Source of the DNA: an uncultured Gammaproteobacteria bacterium | GTDB lineage: Bacteria; Patescibacteriota; Patescibacteriia; Patescibacteriales; GWC2-42-12 | Assembly (NCBI GenBank): GCA_964560005.1 | Contig: CAZLKB010000002.1 | Span: 381 to 64,380, forward strand | Reading direction: 5' to 3' | Length of the DNA: 64,000 nucleotides | Shown: positions 45,755 through 54,300 of the stretch, one piece after another | Layout of the letters: every line of letters begins with the position of its first letter | Numbering within the stretch: position 1 is the stretch's first letter | Program-made: the position numbers and the translations under genes | Notes under the pieces: model-generated | Told to the model about the DNA's origin: nothing | Seen by the model: only the letters and a program-made list of their open reading frames with translations | Databases searched by the model: none

Positions 45755-45836
45755 AAATACTTAGCTGGTACCCCGCATCTGCGGGGCATGGTAAGGAGTA
45801 GGTCCGCCCCGCAAGGTGCGGGGCGCAACGGCTCAA
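45755..45836 (+). pseudogene. degenerate tRNA-Thr copy with arms replaced by ccccgc-loop-gcgggg hairpins
   Basis: catggtaaggagtaggtccgc (45787-45807) and cgcaacggctca (45824-45835) are identical to the 3' half of the adjacent tRNA-Thr; the T-arm is replaced by cccgcaaggtgcgggg. Confidence 0.55.
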
Positions 45837-45840
45837 TTTT

Positions 45841-45923
45841 GGATGGGTACCAAAGCGGTCAACTGGGACAGACTGTAAATCTGTTGGCTCACGCCTTCGA
45901 AGGTTCGAGTCCTTCCCCATCCA
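45841..45923 (+). tRNA. tRNA-Tyr (anticodon GUA), long variable arm
   Basis: acceptor GGATGGG/CCCATCC, anticodon stem ACAGA/TCTGT, loop CTGTAAA, T-arm GAAGG TTCGAGT CCTTC. Confidence 0.9.
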
Positions 45924-45947
45924 CATAATAAAATTTAATGAAAATTT

Positions 45948-46478
45948 ATGACTTTAGGCCCAAAAACTAAAAAAAATTTAGAAGAAGCTTTTGCCGGCGA
46001 ATCAATGGCGCGGAATAAATATACCTATTACGCCTCTGTGGCCAAAAAGGCCGGCCTGATTCAAATCGCCAATCTGTTTGAAGAAACCGCCAACAATGAA
46101 AAAGAGCATGCTAAATTATGGGCTAAGCAATTGGGTTTAATCGGCGAAACAAAAGAAAATCTGAAAGCCGCTATCGCCGGCGAGCATTATGAAAATACGG
46201 AAATGTATGTCAGGATGGAAAAAGAAGCCGAAGCCGAAGGCCATAGCGATTTAGCCAAATCATTTAAAGAAGTGGGCGAAGCCGAACTGGCCCATGAAAC
46301 CAGGTATAAAAAATTATTGGAAAATGTCGAGACCGATAAAGTTTATAAAAAAGATAAGGTTGTCAGATGGAAATGCAATAATTGCGGACATATCCACGAA
46401 GGCTTAGAGCCGCCGGAAGTTTGCCCGGCCTGCAAGCATCCTAAAGGATATTTCGAAGTTTTCGTTGAGACCTATTAA
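45948..46478 (+). CDS. rbr: rubrerythrin
   Basis: ExxH di-iron motifs (EKEHAKLW, ELAHETRY) plus C-terminal CNNCGH...CPACKH rubredoxin-like domain. Confidence 0.9.
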   Translation: MTLGPKTKKNLEEAFAGESMARNKYTYYASVAKKAGLIQIANLFEETANNEKEHAKLWAKQLGLIGETKENLKAAIAGEHYENTEMYVRMEKEAEAEGHSDLAKSFKEVGEAELAHETRYKKLLENVETDKVYKKDKVVRWKCNNCGHIHEGLEPPEVCPACKHPKGYFEVFVETY

Positions 46479-46495
46479 TTATTAATCAAAAAAAT

Positions 46496-46879
46496 ATGAC
46501 TAAGCTAAATCAAATATACAAATGCAATATTTGCGGCAATATAGTTGAAATGGTGCATGCCGGCGAAGGCACTTTAGTTTGCTGCGGCCAGCCAATGGTT
46601 TTACAGGTTGAAAACACGGTTGATGCCTCGCTGGAGAAGCATGTTCCGGTTAAAAAGGCTGTAGGCGATAAAATAACGGTTCAGATCGGTTCAACTGAAC
46701 ATCCGATGGAAGCGGCTCATTATATTGAGTGGATTGAAGTTATTACCACTACCAGAGTTTATAGAAAATATTTGAATCCGGGATTAGAACACAAGGCGCA
46801 AGCCGATTTTACCGTTTCCGGGGAAGTTATTGAAGTTCGCGCCTATTGCAACTTGCACGGTTTATGGAAGAGTAAATAA
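46496..46879 (+). CDS. dfx: desulfoferrodoxin (2Fe superoxide reductase)
   Basis: N-terminal CNICGN...CCGQPM desulforedoxin motif; C-terminal HVP...EHPM...H...CNLHGLW SOR centre. Confidence 0.88.
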   Translation: MTKLNQIYKCNICGNIVEMVHAGEGTLVCCGQPMVLQVENTVDASLEKHVPVKKAVGDKITVQIGSTEHPMEAAHYIEWIEVITTTRVYRKYLNPGLEHKAQADFTVSGEVIEVRAYCNLHGLWKSK

Positions 46880-46904
46880 ATTAACATTAACATAACATAA
46901 TATT

Positions 46905-47060
46905 ATGTCACAAGACAATTTGATTAAATTAGAGTGCACCGCCTGCAAGCGGGTTAATTATTTTTCAAAGAAGAATAAAAAGATTCTTAAAAATAGGCTG
47001 GAACTAAAAAAGTTCTGCGTGCATTGCAAAAAGCATACCGCGCATAAGGAAACCAAGTAG
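46905..47060 (+). CDS. rpmG: 50S ribosomal protein bL33
   Basis: hand-translated 51 aa, below the track cutoff: [51 protein letters not shown]. Confidence 0.88.
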   Translation: MSQDNLIKLECTACKRVNYFSKKNKKILKNRLELKKFCVHCKKHTAHKETK

Positions 47061-47088
47061 TGGTTTCGTTGCGTTTAAAATATTTCGG

Positions 47089-47226
47089 CAGTCGGAGAGA
47101 AGTTGATTTTTCGCTTAGACGAAATTTCGGTATTTTTTACTAAAATTATAATAAGTTGAGCCTGGATAATTTTAGTAAAAAATAATACAATTTCGCATGC
47201 GCTCAAAATTAACTTCCCTCCGACTG
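47089..47226. repeat. conserved-core / variable-stem hairpin element, copy B
   Basis: outer stem cagtcggagagaagtt / aacttccctccgactg; core tttttcgcttagacgaaatttcggtatttttt ... aataatacaatttcgcatgcgctcaaaatt. Confidence 0.85.
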
Positions 47227-47240
47227 ACCGGCGCTCTTAT

Positions 47241-47311
47241 GGGGGAATAGTTCAGTGGTAGAATGCTGGTCTCCAAAACCAGTGATGAGGGTTCGATTCC
47301 TTCTTCCCCTG
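47241..47311 (+). tRNA. tRNA-Trp (anticodon CCA)
   Basis: acceptor GGGGGAA/TTCCCCT (G1.U72), anticodon stem CTGGT/ACCAG, loop CTCCAAA, T-loop TTCGATT. Confidence 0.88.
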
Positions 47312-47430
47312 CGAAAGTCTTGTGTTTATTGGCTTTTTTAAAGATATGGTGTATAATATCTAATAGATATGGGTTTTATTAACAATTTATAATAAATTCT
47401 TCCGCCTTTGGCGGAGGATAAAGTAAAATT

Positions 47431-47712
47431 ATGCCAAAATTGACCAAGTCTCAATTGTTAGATGCCATGGCAGGAGAAGTCGCCATGAGCAAGAAGGATG
47501 TAGCTAGCTTTTTAGAAAAGTTAGCTAATTTAGCTCTTCGCGAGGTTAAAAAGAACGGTGAATTCGTGCTCCCAGGTTTGGGTAAATTAGTCAAAATTAA
47601 CCGAGCCGCCAGAATGGGCAGAAATCCCGCTACCGGAGAGTCCATCCAGATTAAAGCCAAAACGGTGGTTAAATTTAAAGTCGCTAAAGCGGCCAAAGAA
47701 GCAGTTTTATAA
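47431..47712 (+). CDS. hup: HU/IHF-family DNA-binding protein
   Basis: 93 aa; GFGKL-like LPGLGKLVKINRAARMGRNPATGESIQIKAKTVVKFK arm motif. Confidence 0.92.
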   Translation: MPKLTKSQLLDAMAGEVAMSKKDVASFLEKLANLALREVKKNGEFVLPGLGKLVKINRAARMGRNPATGESIQIKAKTVVKFKVAKAAKEAVL

Positions 47713-47730
47713 ATTTCTGTTTTAACCATA

Positions 47731-47765
47731 AAAAATACCCCGGCTTTACGCCGGGGTATTTTTTA
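47731..47765. terminator. bidirectional rho-independent terminator
   Basis: aaaa ataccccgg ctttacg ccggggtat ttttt between convergent genes. Confidence 0.75.
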
Positions 47766-47779
47766 TTTGTATTGTTTTA

Positions 47780-48241
47780 TTATCTCTTAGCTCCGCTATA
47801 GGCAATAGCGCGTACGATGTCCCAAGCTAAGGCCGAAACCGGTGCATGGCCGTAGATGGCTTTAAAGCTCTTGATGGCGGCTTTTTCGCTATTAAGATTT
47901 CGGTTCGTTGGCCTTAAGCCGTAGGAAATTACGGTAACCGCGGCATTGTCATTTGCTTGTAGCATGTTCGCGCTTCTTTTATAGACTTTTTTCAATTCTA
48001 CTTTGGCTTTTGCTTCAGCGGTCGCGCTTCTGGCGGTTGGCAGGCGGCCGTTGGCGATTTTAATGGCGTCGCTCCACTCGGCTTCGGTGGCAGGTACTTT
48101 ACCGAAAGCGGCTTTATAGGAGTTGATTACGCCCGCCCTTTCACCCGCGCCTAAAATTTTAGTGGTGGGCGTGCCGTAATTTACGAAATTTGATATAACA
48201 GTTTTTATTTTATCCGTTACATTTTCCAGGTCGTCTACCAA
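47780..48241 (-). CDS. hypothetical protein with two copies of a G-x-P-x-[ST]-x-x-x-W-[DS]-x-[IV] repeat; possibly N-terminally truncated
   Basis: 153 aa from a TTG start; FGKVPATEAEWSDAIKIA and YGHAPVSALAWDIVRAIAYSGAKR repeats; the frame stays open about 110 nt further upstream without a start codon. Confidence 0.5.
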   Translation of the reverse strand: MVDDLENVTDKIKTVISNFVNYGTPTTKILGAGERAGVINSYKAAFGKVPATEAEWSDAIKIANGRLPTARSATAEAKAKVELKKVYKRSANMLQANDNAAVTVISYGLRPTNRNLNSEKAAIKSFKAIYGHAPVSALAWDIVRAIAYSGAKR

Positions 48242-48409
48242 AGGAGTAGTGTACTTAGATGTAGTGCTGGCTTGGGTTTGGCTGTTTCTTACATCTTTGA
48301 CGACGGCGATTATTTGTTTAATATTAAAATTATGTGTTTGTTTGATATCATATCAAATAAAAAGCACCCCTTAGAGGGTGCTATATTTTATGTTATTGAC
48401 AACAGCGAT

Positions 48410-48712
48410 TTATTTCCACTTATCCACATACTGGCCAAGTCCGTATTGATTTAGTTTATTTAAAAGTTTAGTTTTTGTATGTAAATAGGCGATTAAGGTA
48501 GGGAAGTCTATTAAATAGCGGTTACTAATTATTTTATATTTAATGTAGTTAAACTGGATAGCCCGGCGGATCGTTTTAGTTTGCACACCGCCTAGTTTAG
48601 CGGCTTCGGATACAGAAACCCAGATAGGATTAATAATTTGGCTATTTATACCATTTTCCTGTTTATTTTCTAATTTTTGGTTGTTTTTAAGATTAAATTG
48701 GTTTTGTACCAT
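48410..48712 (-). CDS. helix-turn-helix DNA-binding protein (MerR/excisionase-like HTH)
   Basis: WVSVSEAAKLGGVQTKTIRRAI motif; palindromic sites immediately upstream. Confidence 0.65.
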   Translation of the reverse strand: MVQNQFNLKNNQKLENKQENGINSQIINPIWVSVSEAAKLGGVQTKTIRRAIQFNYIKYKIISNRYLIDFPTLIAYLHTKTKLLNKLNQYGLGQYVDKWK

Positions 48713-48721
48713 CTTAGAGTT

Positions 48722-48747
48722 TAAGTCTACATTATCGTAGACTTAAG
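48722..48747. promoter_or_regulatory. candidate operator palindrome 1 (GTCTAC-N6-GTAGAC core)
   Basis: ttaagtctac attatc gtagacttaa, perfect 10-bp arms. Confidence 0.5.
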
Positions 48748-48757
48748 TTTAAGGGTA

Positions 48758-48799
48758 ATATGACTTTAGTCTACGGATATGTAGACTAAAGTCATATTT
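48758..48799. promoter_or_regulatory. candidate operator palindrome 2
   Basis: aatatgactttagtctac ggatat gtagactaaagtcatatt, perfect 18-bp arms. Confidence 0.5.
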
Positions 48800-48827
48800 A
48801 TCACTTTTTATATTAAAGTCCACAATA

Positions 48828-48837
48828 GTCTAGACTT
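48828..48837. promoter_or_regulatory. candidate operator half-size palindrome 3
   Basis: agtctagact. Confidence 0.3.
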
Positions 48838-48879
48838 AAATTACATATTAATTTTTACATATTATTATAAAGAAATCAA

Positions 48880-48975
48880 GGGGCAAAACTCATAATTTGT
48901 AACTCATAACCCATAGCTCATAACTCACAACTCAAAGATTCAATCAATAACGAGTTAATGAGTTGCGAGACTTTC
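48880..48975. repeat. palindromic element, aactcataac family
   Basis: aactcataatttgtaactcataacccatagctcataactcacaactc versus aacgagttaatgagttgcgag. Confidence 0.75.
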
Positions 48976-49171
48976 ATCTATATGTTATTATATTAAATGC
49001 AAATATTCTCTAGCTGGACGGAATCCCGCAATGAGAAAAAAATAGCTAATATTAAATAATAATTTCGTTTTCTCACGACTATTTTTTTATTTATCAATAA
49101 AATTTAATTCATATTACTTAAATGATTGTGTATTTTAGTGTAACAATATCTAACATTTATCGTATAATTAA

Positions 49172-49753
49172 ATGAAAATAGGCAGAATAGAAGAAAAATT
49201 GTTATTATATAAAATCAGCAAAAATGATAAAAACGCCTTTATAAAGGCCTATGATTTATATGTTGATCAGTTGTACAGGTTTATTTATTTTAAGGTAGGA
49301 AATCGGGAAGAGGCCGAAGATTTATGTTCATGGGTTTTTTTAAAAACATGGAATTATATATTAAAGAATAGCTTGAAGGATTGCAAAACTCTGAAAGCCT
49401 TGCTCTATAAAATTTCCAGAAATTTAATAATTGATCATTATCGGAAAACCAAGGGACGAGAAACTGTGAGCTTGGATGATGAGGGTGGAATTAAAATTAC
49501 CGACGAAAAACAAAACCTTAATGACAGTTTGGAGCTTAAAGCCGACTTATTAGTTTTAGAAACTAAATTGCCGGAGTTGAAAGACGAGTATAGAGAAATA
49601 ATAATTTTACGCTTTATCAATGAGCTTTCAATTACAGAAATCTCCGAAATTCTAGATAAGCCTAAAGGCAATATAAGAGTTTTAATTTATCGGTCGCTTA
49701 ATGCCTTAAAAGAACTTTTAAGTCATAATGAAAAAATTAATTTGAATACTTAA
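49172..49753 (+). CDS. sigma-70 family (ECF-like) RNA polymerase sigma factor
   Basis: 193 aa; region 2 (YDLYVDQLYRFIYFKVGNREEAEDL, LIIDHYR) and region 4 HTH (LSITEISEILDKPKGNIRVLIYRSL). Confidence 0.85.
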   Translation: MKIGRIEEKLLLYKISKNDKNAFIKAYDLYVDQLYRFIYFKVGNREEAEDLCSWVFLKTWNYILKNSLKDCKTLKALLYKISRNLIIDHYRKTKGRETVSLDDEGGIKITDEKQNLNDSLELKADLLVLETKLPELKDEYREIIILRFINELSITEISEILDKPKGNIRVLIYRSLNALKELLSHNEKINLNT

Positions 49754-49787
49754 TATTTTGACCACCTTGTTAAAGAGGGCGAACATT

Positions 49788-50708
49788 ATGAACGATCAAG
49801 AGCTTCTAAAAAAATTAAATAATTTAAAGGAAATTAAACCTGATAATAATTGGAAAAGAAATTATCGGGATGTTTTGTATAGCCAAATTTCCGCCGGTCA
49901 GCCTGAAGTTGAGCCAAAATCAAATATAAGAATAATTTGGGAGAGCATTATGCCGCGCCAAATTTTAATAAATTTGGCTAAGCCGATCCGGTTGGCGTCA
50001 GCGGTCAGTGTTTTAGTTTTAGTGATTGGCATCGGCGGCGTCTATGCCTCAAAAAATTCCAAGCCGGGCGATTCTTTATATATTGCAAAGATTATTAGCG
50101 AGAAAGCGCAATTCGCCATAACTTTCGACGAAAAAGATAAAGCTAAATTAGGTATAGAGTTTGCAGCCAATCGCGCTAAAGAAATGATTCAGGTTTTAAA
50201 GGATACCGGGCAAGATGTTACGGTTAATAGTGATAAATTAGAAAAATTATCACAAAGTTTTAAAAAAGAAATCAGTCAAGCGAAAAATAGATTATCTACG
50301 ATTAAAGCGGCTATTAAAGTAACCGAAGATCAGGTCGAAGCTCTTGATTCCGAACTTGAAGTTTTTGGCGCTAACTTAGGCAAGGACAATAATAGAATGG
50401 AAATTTCCGAACCGGTTAAACCGGAGCCAGAACTTAATCAAATCATCGCCCCGAAGCCGGATAAACCAAGTCCTGAAGCTAACGCGGCTACTACTACGGG
50501 ACCAGTTTTAGAAAGTCAAGCCGTGACCGGCGCCACTTCAACGGCAGGAATGGTTAATCAGACTGATAAAATGCTTGAGCAAGTGGAAAAATTGTTTGAT
50601 GAAAAAAATTTAGACGGAACCATAGGCGCGCTGGAAGAAGTAAGTAAAGTTATAGAAGACGCGGGAGAAGTTAAAGGCGCGAGCGAAACGGCTACGAGTA
50701 CTAAATAA
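49788..50708 (+). CDS. anti-sigma-like membrane protein (single TM, DUF5667-like extracytoplasmic domain)
   Basis: adjacent to the sigma gene; TM AVSVLVLVIGIGGVYA; PGDSLYIAKIISEKAQFAITF pattern; function inferred from context. Confidence 0.5.
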   Translation: MNDQELLKKLNNLKEIKPDNNWKRNYRDVLYSQISAGQPEVEPKSNIRIIWESIMPRQILINLAKPIRLASAVSVLVLVIGIGGVYASKNSKPGDSLYIAKIISEKAQFAITFDEKDKAKLGIEFAANRAKEMIQVLKDTGQDVTVNSDKLEKLSQSFKKEISQAKNRLSTIKAAIKVTEDQVEALDSELEVFGANLGKDNNRMEISEPVKPEPELNQIIAPKPDKPSPEANAATTTGPVLESQAVTGATSTAGMVNQTDKMLEQVEKLFDEKNLDGTIGALEEVSKVIEDAGEVKGASETATSTK

Positions 50709-50927
50709 AATTTTTAATTTTGTAATTTAGAATTTAGAATGAATGATTAATTTTTAATTTAAAAATTAATTCATTAAAAATTCAATCAAAATTTAAAATT
50801 AAATTATTAATACGGAATAGACTGTTTGTCTTAATGGCGAGTAGTCTAATCCGCATTAAGCGGGTTACGGTAAAGTTATAAAGGGTCGATCCATTTCGAT
50901 GGAGATTTTACCAAATTAATTAATCAA

Positions 50928-51259
50928 CTCGTTTTTTTAAATTCTATGTTCCGGGTTCGTCCCGGAATTATGTCTCGCGATTGATCGTTGCGGGATACCA
51001 AGCAAATCAGCAAGCTAACCCCCCACACTTGTGAAAACAAGCAGGGGAGGAGAATTTCCCATGCTCACGGCAAAGTCCGTGTAATAAATTTTCCCCCGAT
51101 TAATAATTCAGAATTACGAATTACGAATTAAATTCGAAAATCGAAATTCTAAATTCGAAATTGTTTCCACGGGTGTGGGGGAGGCGGGATTCCGGTTGAT
51201 TTGCTTGCCTCGTCGTAGCTTTTAGCGAAGGCGGGCTTAAACATAATTTAAAAAACGAG
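50928..51259 (+). promoter_or_regulatory. GC-rich nested-helix structured region upstream of the surface-protein gene (candidate long 5' leader or ncRNA)
   Basis: ctcgttttttt/aaaaaacgag closing pair; ttccggg-ttcg-tcccggaa hairpin; caagcaaatca+ccccccacac pairing with gtgtggggg+tgatttgcttg. Confidence 0.4.
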
Positions 51260-51306
51260 ACAAGGACCCCGATTGAATAATATTTAACGGGGTAAATAAA
51301 TAACCT

Positions 51307-54300
51307 ATGGAAAGATTCAAGAAAATCTTTGCCGTTGGCGTAATTTTCGTCACTGTCTTATCAATGAGCGTAGTTGTGGCCCCCGAGGCCTCTGCGACCG
51401 CTTCAGCCGGTGACTTAATCAAGATGAGCGGACTTTCATCCGTTTATTACTTGGCCGCCGATGGCAGGAGATATGTTTTCCCTAATGAGTCAACTTATTT
51501 TTCCTGGTACAGTGATTTCTCCGGAGTTGTGACTATTCCTCAAAGCGAGTTAGAGTCATATCCTCTAGGAGCTAACGTTACTGTTAGACCGGGTACTAAA
51601 TTAGTTAAAATAACTACTAATCCCAAAGTTTATGCTGTTACTTCCGGCGGCGTTTTAGTTGCCATTCCCGATGAAGCTACAGCCGCGACTTTATATGGAG
51701 CCAATTGGAATAAGAGGATTATTGACGTGTCCGATGCATTTTTTACTAATTACACGATCAGTTCAAGCGTAGTCAGCGCATCCGCTTATCCACAGGGCAG
51801 TTTAGTGAAGTATGGAACGTCACCCGATGTTTTCTTTACCAATTCCGACGGTACAGCTTCAAAAATTGCTACCGAAGCGGCTTTCTTAGCCAACAGATTT
51901 AAATGGGCTGATGTTATTACCGCCACGATTGCCAAGCCGACCGAAGGCGCTGGCATTTCAGGCGCGGTTGCCACTTTGCTTGACACCTCGTCAGGCGCGG
52001 GCGGCACTATCGGCGCAGGCACTGGTTTGACTGTGGCTTTGGCTTCAGACACACCGGCTGCCGGCAATATTCCTGCCGGTTCACCGACCCAATTCTTAAA
52101 GATTAATTTAACCGCTTCCAACGATGGCGCGGTTAGCGTTAATGCTATTAAGCTAAAGGCTTTCGGGTTAAGCACCGCTACTAACATTGACAGCGTTACT
52201 TTCTATGATAACGGCGTCAAAGTTGGCACGACCAAGAATATAAATTCCGACAAAGAAGCGGTCTTTAATTTCTCCACACCGATCGTAGTCGCGGCCGGAA
52301 CCACTAAATCATTAGTGGTTAAAGCCACGATTTTAGCGGGTCAAACAGGCAGCTATGCCTTAGGTATTGCCGCCGCCACTGATATTACCACCAATGGAGC
52401 GGCCGTCAGCGGCAGCTTCGCTTTGGTAGGTAATACTCAAGCGATTGTTTCCAGCACTTCTATCGGCACGGTTACCATGTCAAACGTCGGTGCTTCCGAC
52501 ACTACCAACGATTTCGGCGAAGACAATGTCTTATTAGCCAAATTTGACTTAACGGCGGCTAATGAACCGGTTATCTTCTCATCCTTCGCCATGAAGAATG
52601 GAGGAACCAATACTGCCGGCATTGTTGGCAACATGAGAGTGGTAATTGACGGCACTGAAGTCGTTAAGGGCGTTGAATTAGTTGATAAATTCGCTACTTT
52701 CAGCCTAAACACTGTTATTGCCAAAAACGACACTATTACCGTTGAAGTTTACGGCGATATAGGTATTGCCACCGCGGCTGATACCATTAAGATGTATTTT
52801 GACGATATCGGTGATTTAATTTTCACCGGCCAGGATTACGGCTATGGTATAGAACTTACCTCTACAGCATCTGGCTTCCAGTCCTTAGACACGGTTACTA
52901 CCGATGGTATTATAGTAACTTTAGCGGCTGGCAACGTTACTCTTGATATGGATAAAACAGCCACTCCGTCTAAAGACGTTAGACCGGGTGATAACGGTGT
53001 AATTCTAGCCACCATTAAGATCGCTTCATTAGGTGAGAACGCCACTATTACCGCTATTCAAGAAAATGGCAGTGATGAATTTGTCATCACCGGCACAGGC
53101 TTAGATTGCGGAGAAATTGATAATGTGGTTTTAAGAGATACCGGTACCGGAGCGACTTATGATGTGACCGTAGCCTCTTCAACCGACACGACCAAGTGCG
53201 GTTTAACGATTTCTGACGAAATCGCTTTAGTTAAAGGCTTTACCAAGACTTATCAGCTTAAGGCGGATTTAGGCGGATCAAACGATACTAAAGCGGTTGA
53301 CTCTACTGATACTTTGCAGGTTGTCTTAGAAGACGGCGCTTTCACTATTACCGGTGATGTTTCAGACGCTGATTTATCCGATGATATCACCCCGACGTCA
53401 GTTTCAAGCGGTATCGCTACGGTTAAGAGTTCTTCTCTAAACTGGACCACCACCGCCTTGACTAATAAGACGATTGTACCAAGCGCGAAGGATGTGATTA
53501 TTTACCAGGCCAGTGCTGAAGCGGGCGCGTCTTCCGCGGTTACTTTAACTACGGTTAGATTGACCTCCACTTCTACTAACGCTTCGGCGTTTAACGACAA
53601 CAATGTATCCCAGTTAAAGCTTTATGTTGATGGCAAGCTGGTTAAGACGGCTGCCGGAACCATTGTTGAGGGCGACGGCACAACCGCAGGCTATATCAAC
53701 TTTACTTCTCTTGACACTACCAACAGGGTAATTCCTGCCGGCAAGATCGTTACAGTAGAAGTTAAAGCTGATTTCGCTTCAACCTTCAGTCCGGCCGGTT
53801 ATATTACGCTGGCTGTAACTGATTCAGCCTCCAGCATTGTGGCTCAAGACATTGACAGCAATGCCGTGGTAGAAAGCATTAAGAATGAAGACACTCTGTC
53901 CAGGAACGTTATCTTAGCTTCAGCCGGTACGCTGAAAGTTGAGTTAACCAAGACTGACCTAAAGTCTAATGCCAATACTCTCCTCTTAGCAGGCAGTAAG
54001 ATTACTTCCGGAGATAAATATCTCGGCAAGCTGACTTTCACTACCGCTAATGAACCGATAAAGATTAAGACTTTAGTCTTGGGCCAACAGGGTACGGCTA
54101 AAGCCGATGATATTGCGTCTGTTGAGTTATATGACAAGAACGAAGTTCTGGTAGCTTCAAAAGCTGTCTCTACTCTCGGTGATGTCAATTTCAGCGATTT
54201 AAATTTAATTTTATCCGCTGATAACGCGCATGAATATTTCATCGGTGTAACCGCTAAAGGCATTAACGTAGAGAATGATCCTACCGCTACGGCCGATGAC

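Noticed and set aside
51075-51235. RNase P RNA-like strings: cacGGCAAAGTCCGtg, resembling the P4 5' strand GGAAAGUCCGG, and GGCGGGCTTAaac, resembling the P4 3' strand.
   Set aside because: The two strings are only about 140 nt apart. They are separated mostly by an AT-rich palindrome. No counterpart of the conserved GGUAAGAGC / J11-12 specificity-domain sequence is present, and the bulged-U geometry does not fit. Treated as coincidence.
51200-51245. A tmRNA-like tag region (gcctcgtcgtagcttttagcgaaggcgggcttaa).
   Set aside because: No reading frame gives an ANDENYALAA-type tag ending in a stop. There is no tRNA-like 5'/3' acceptor pairing and no GGGG...UUCGA T-arm.
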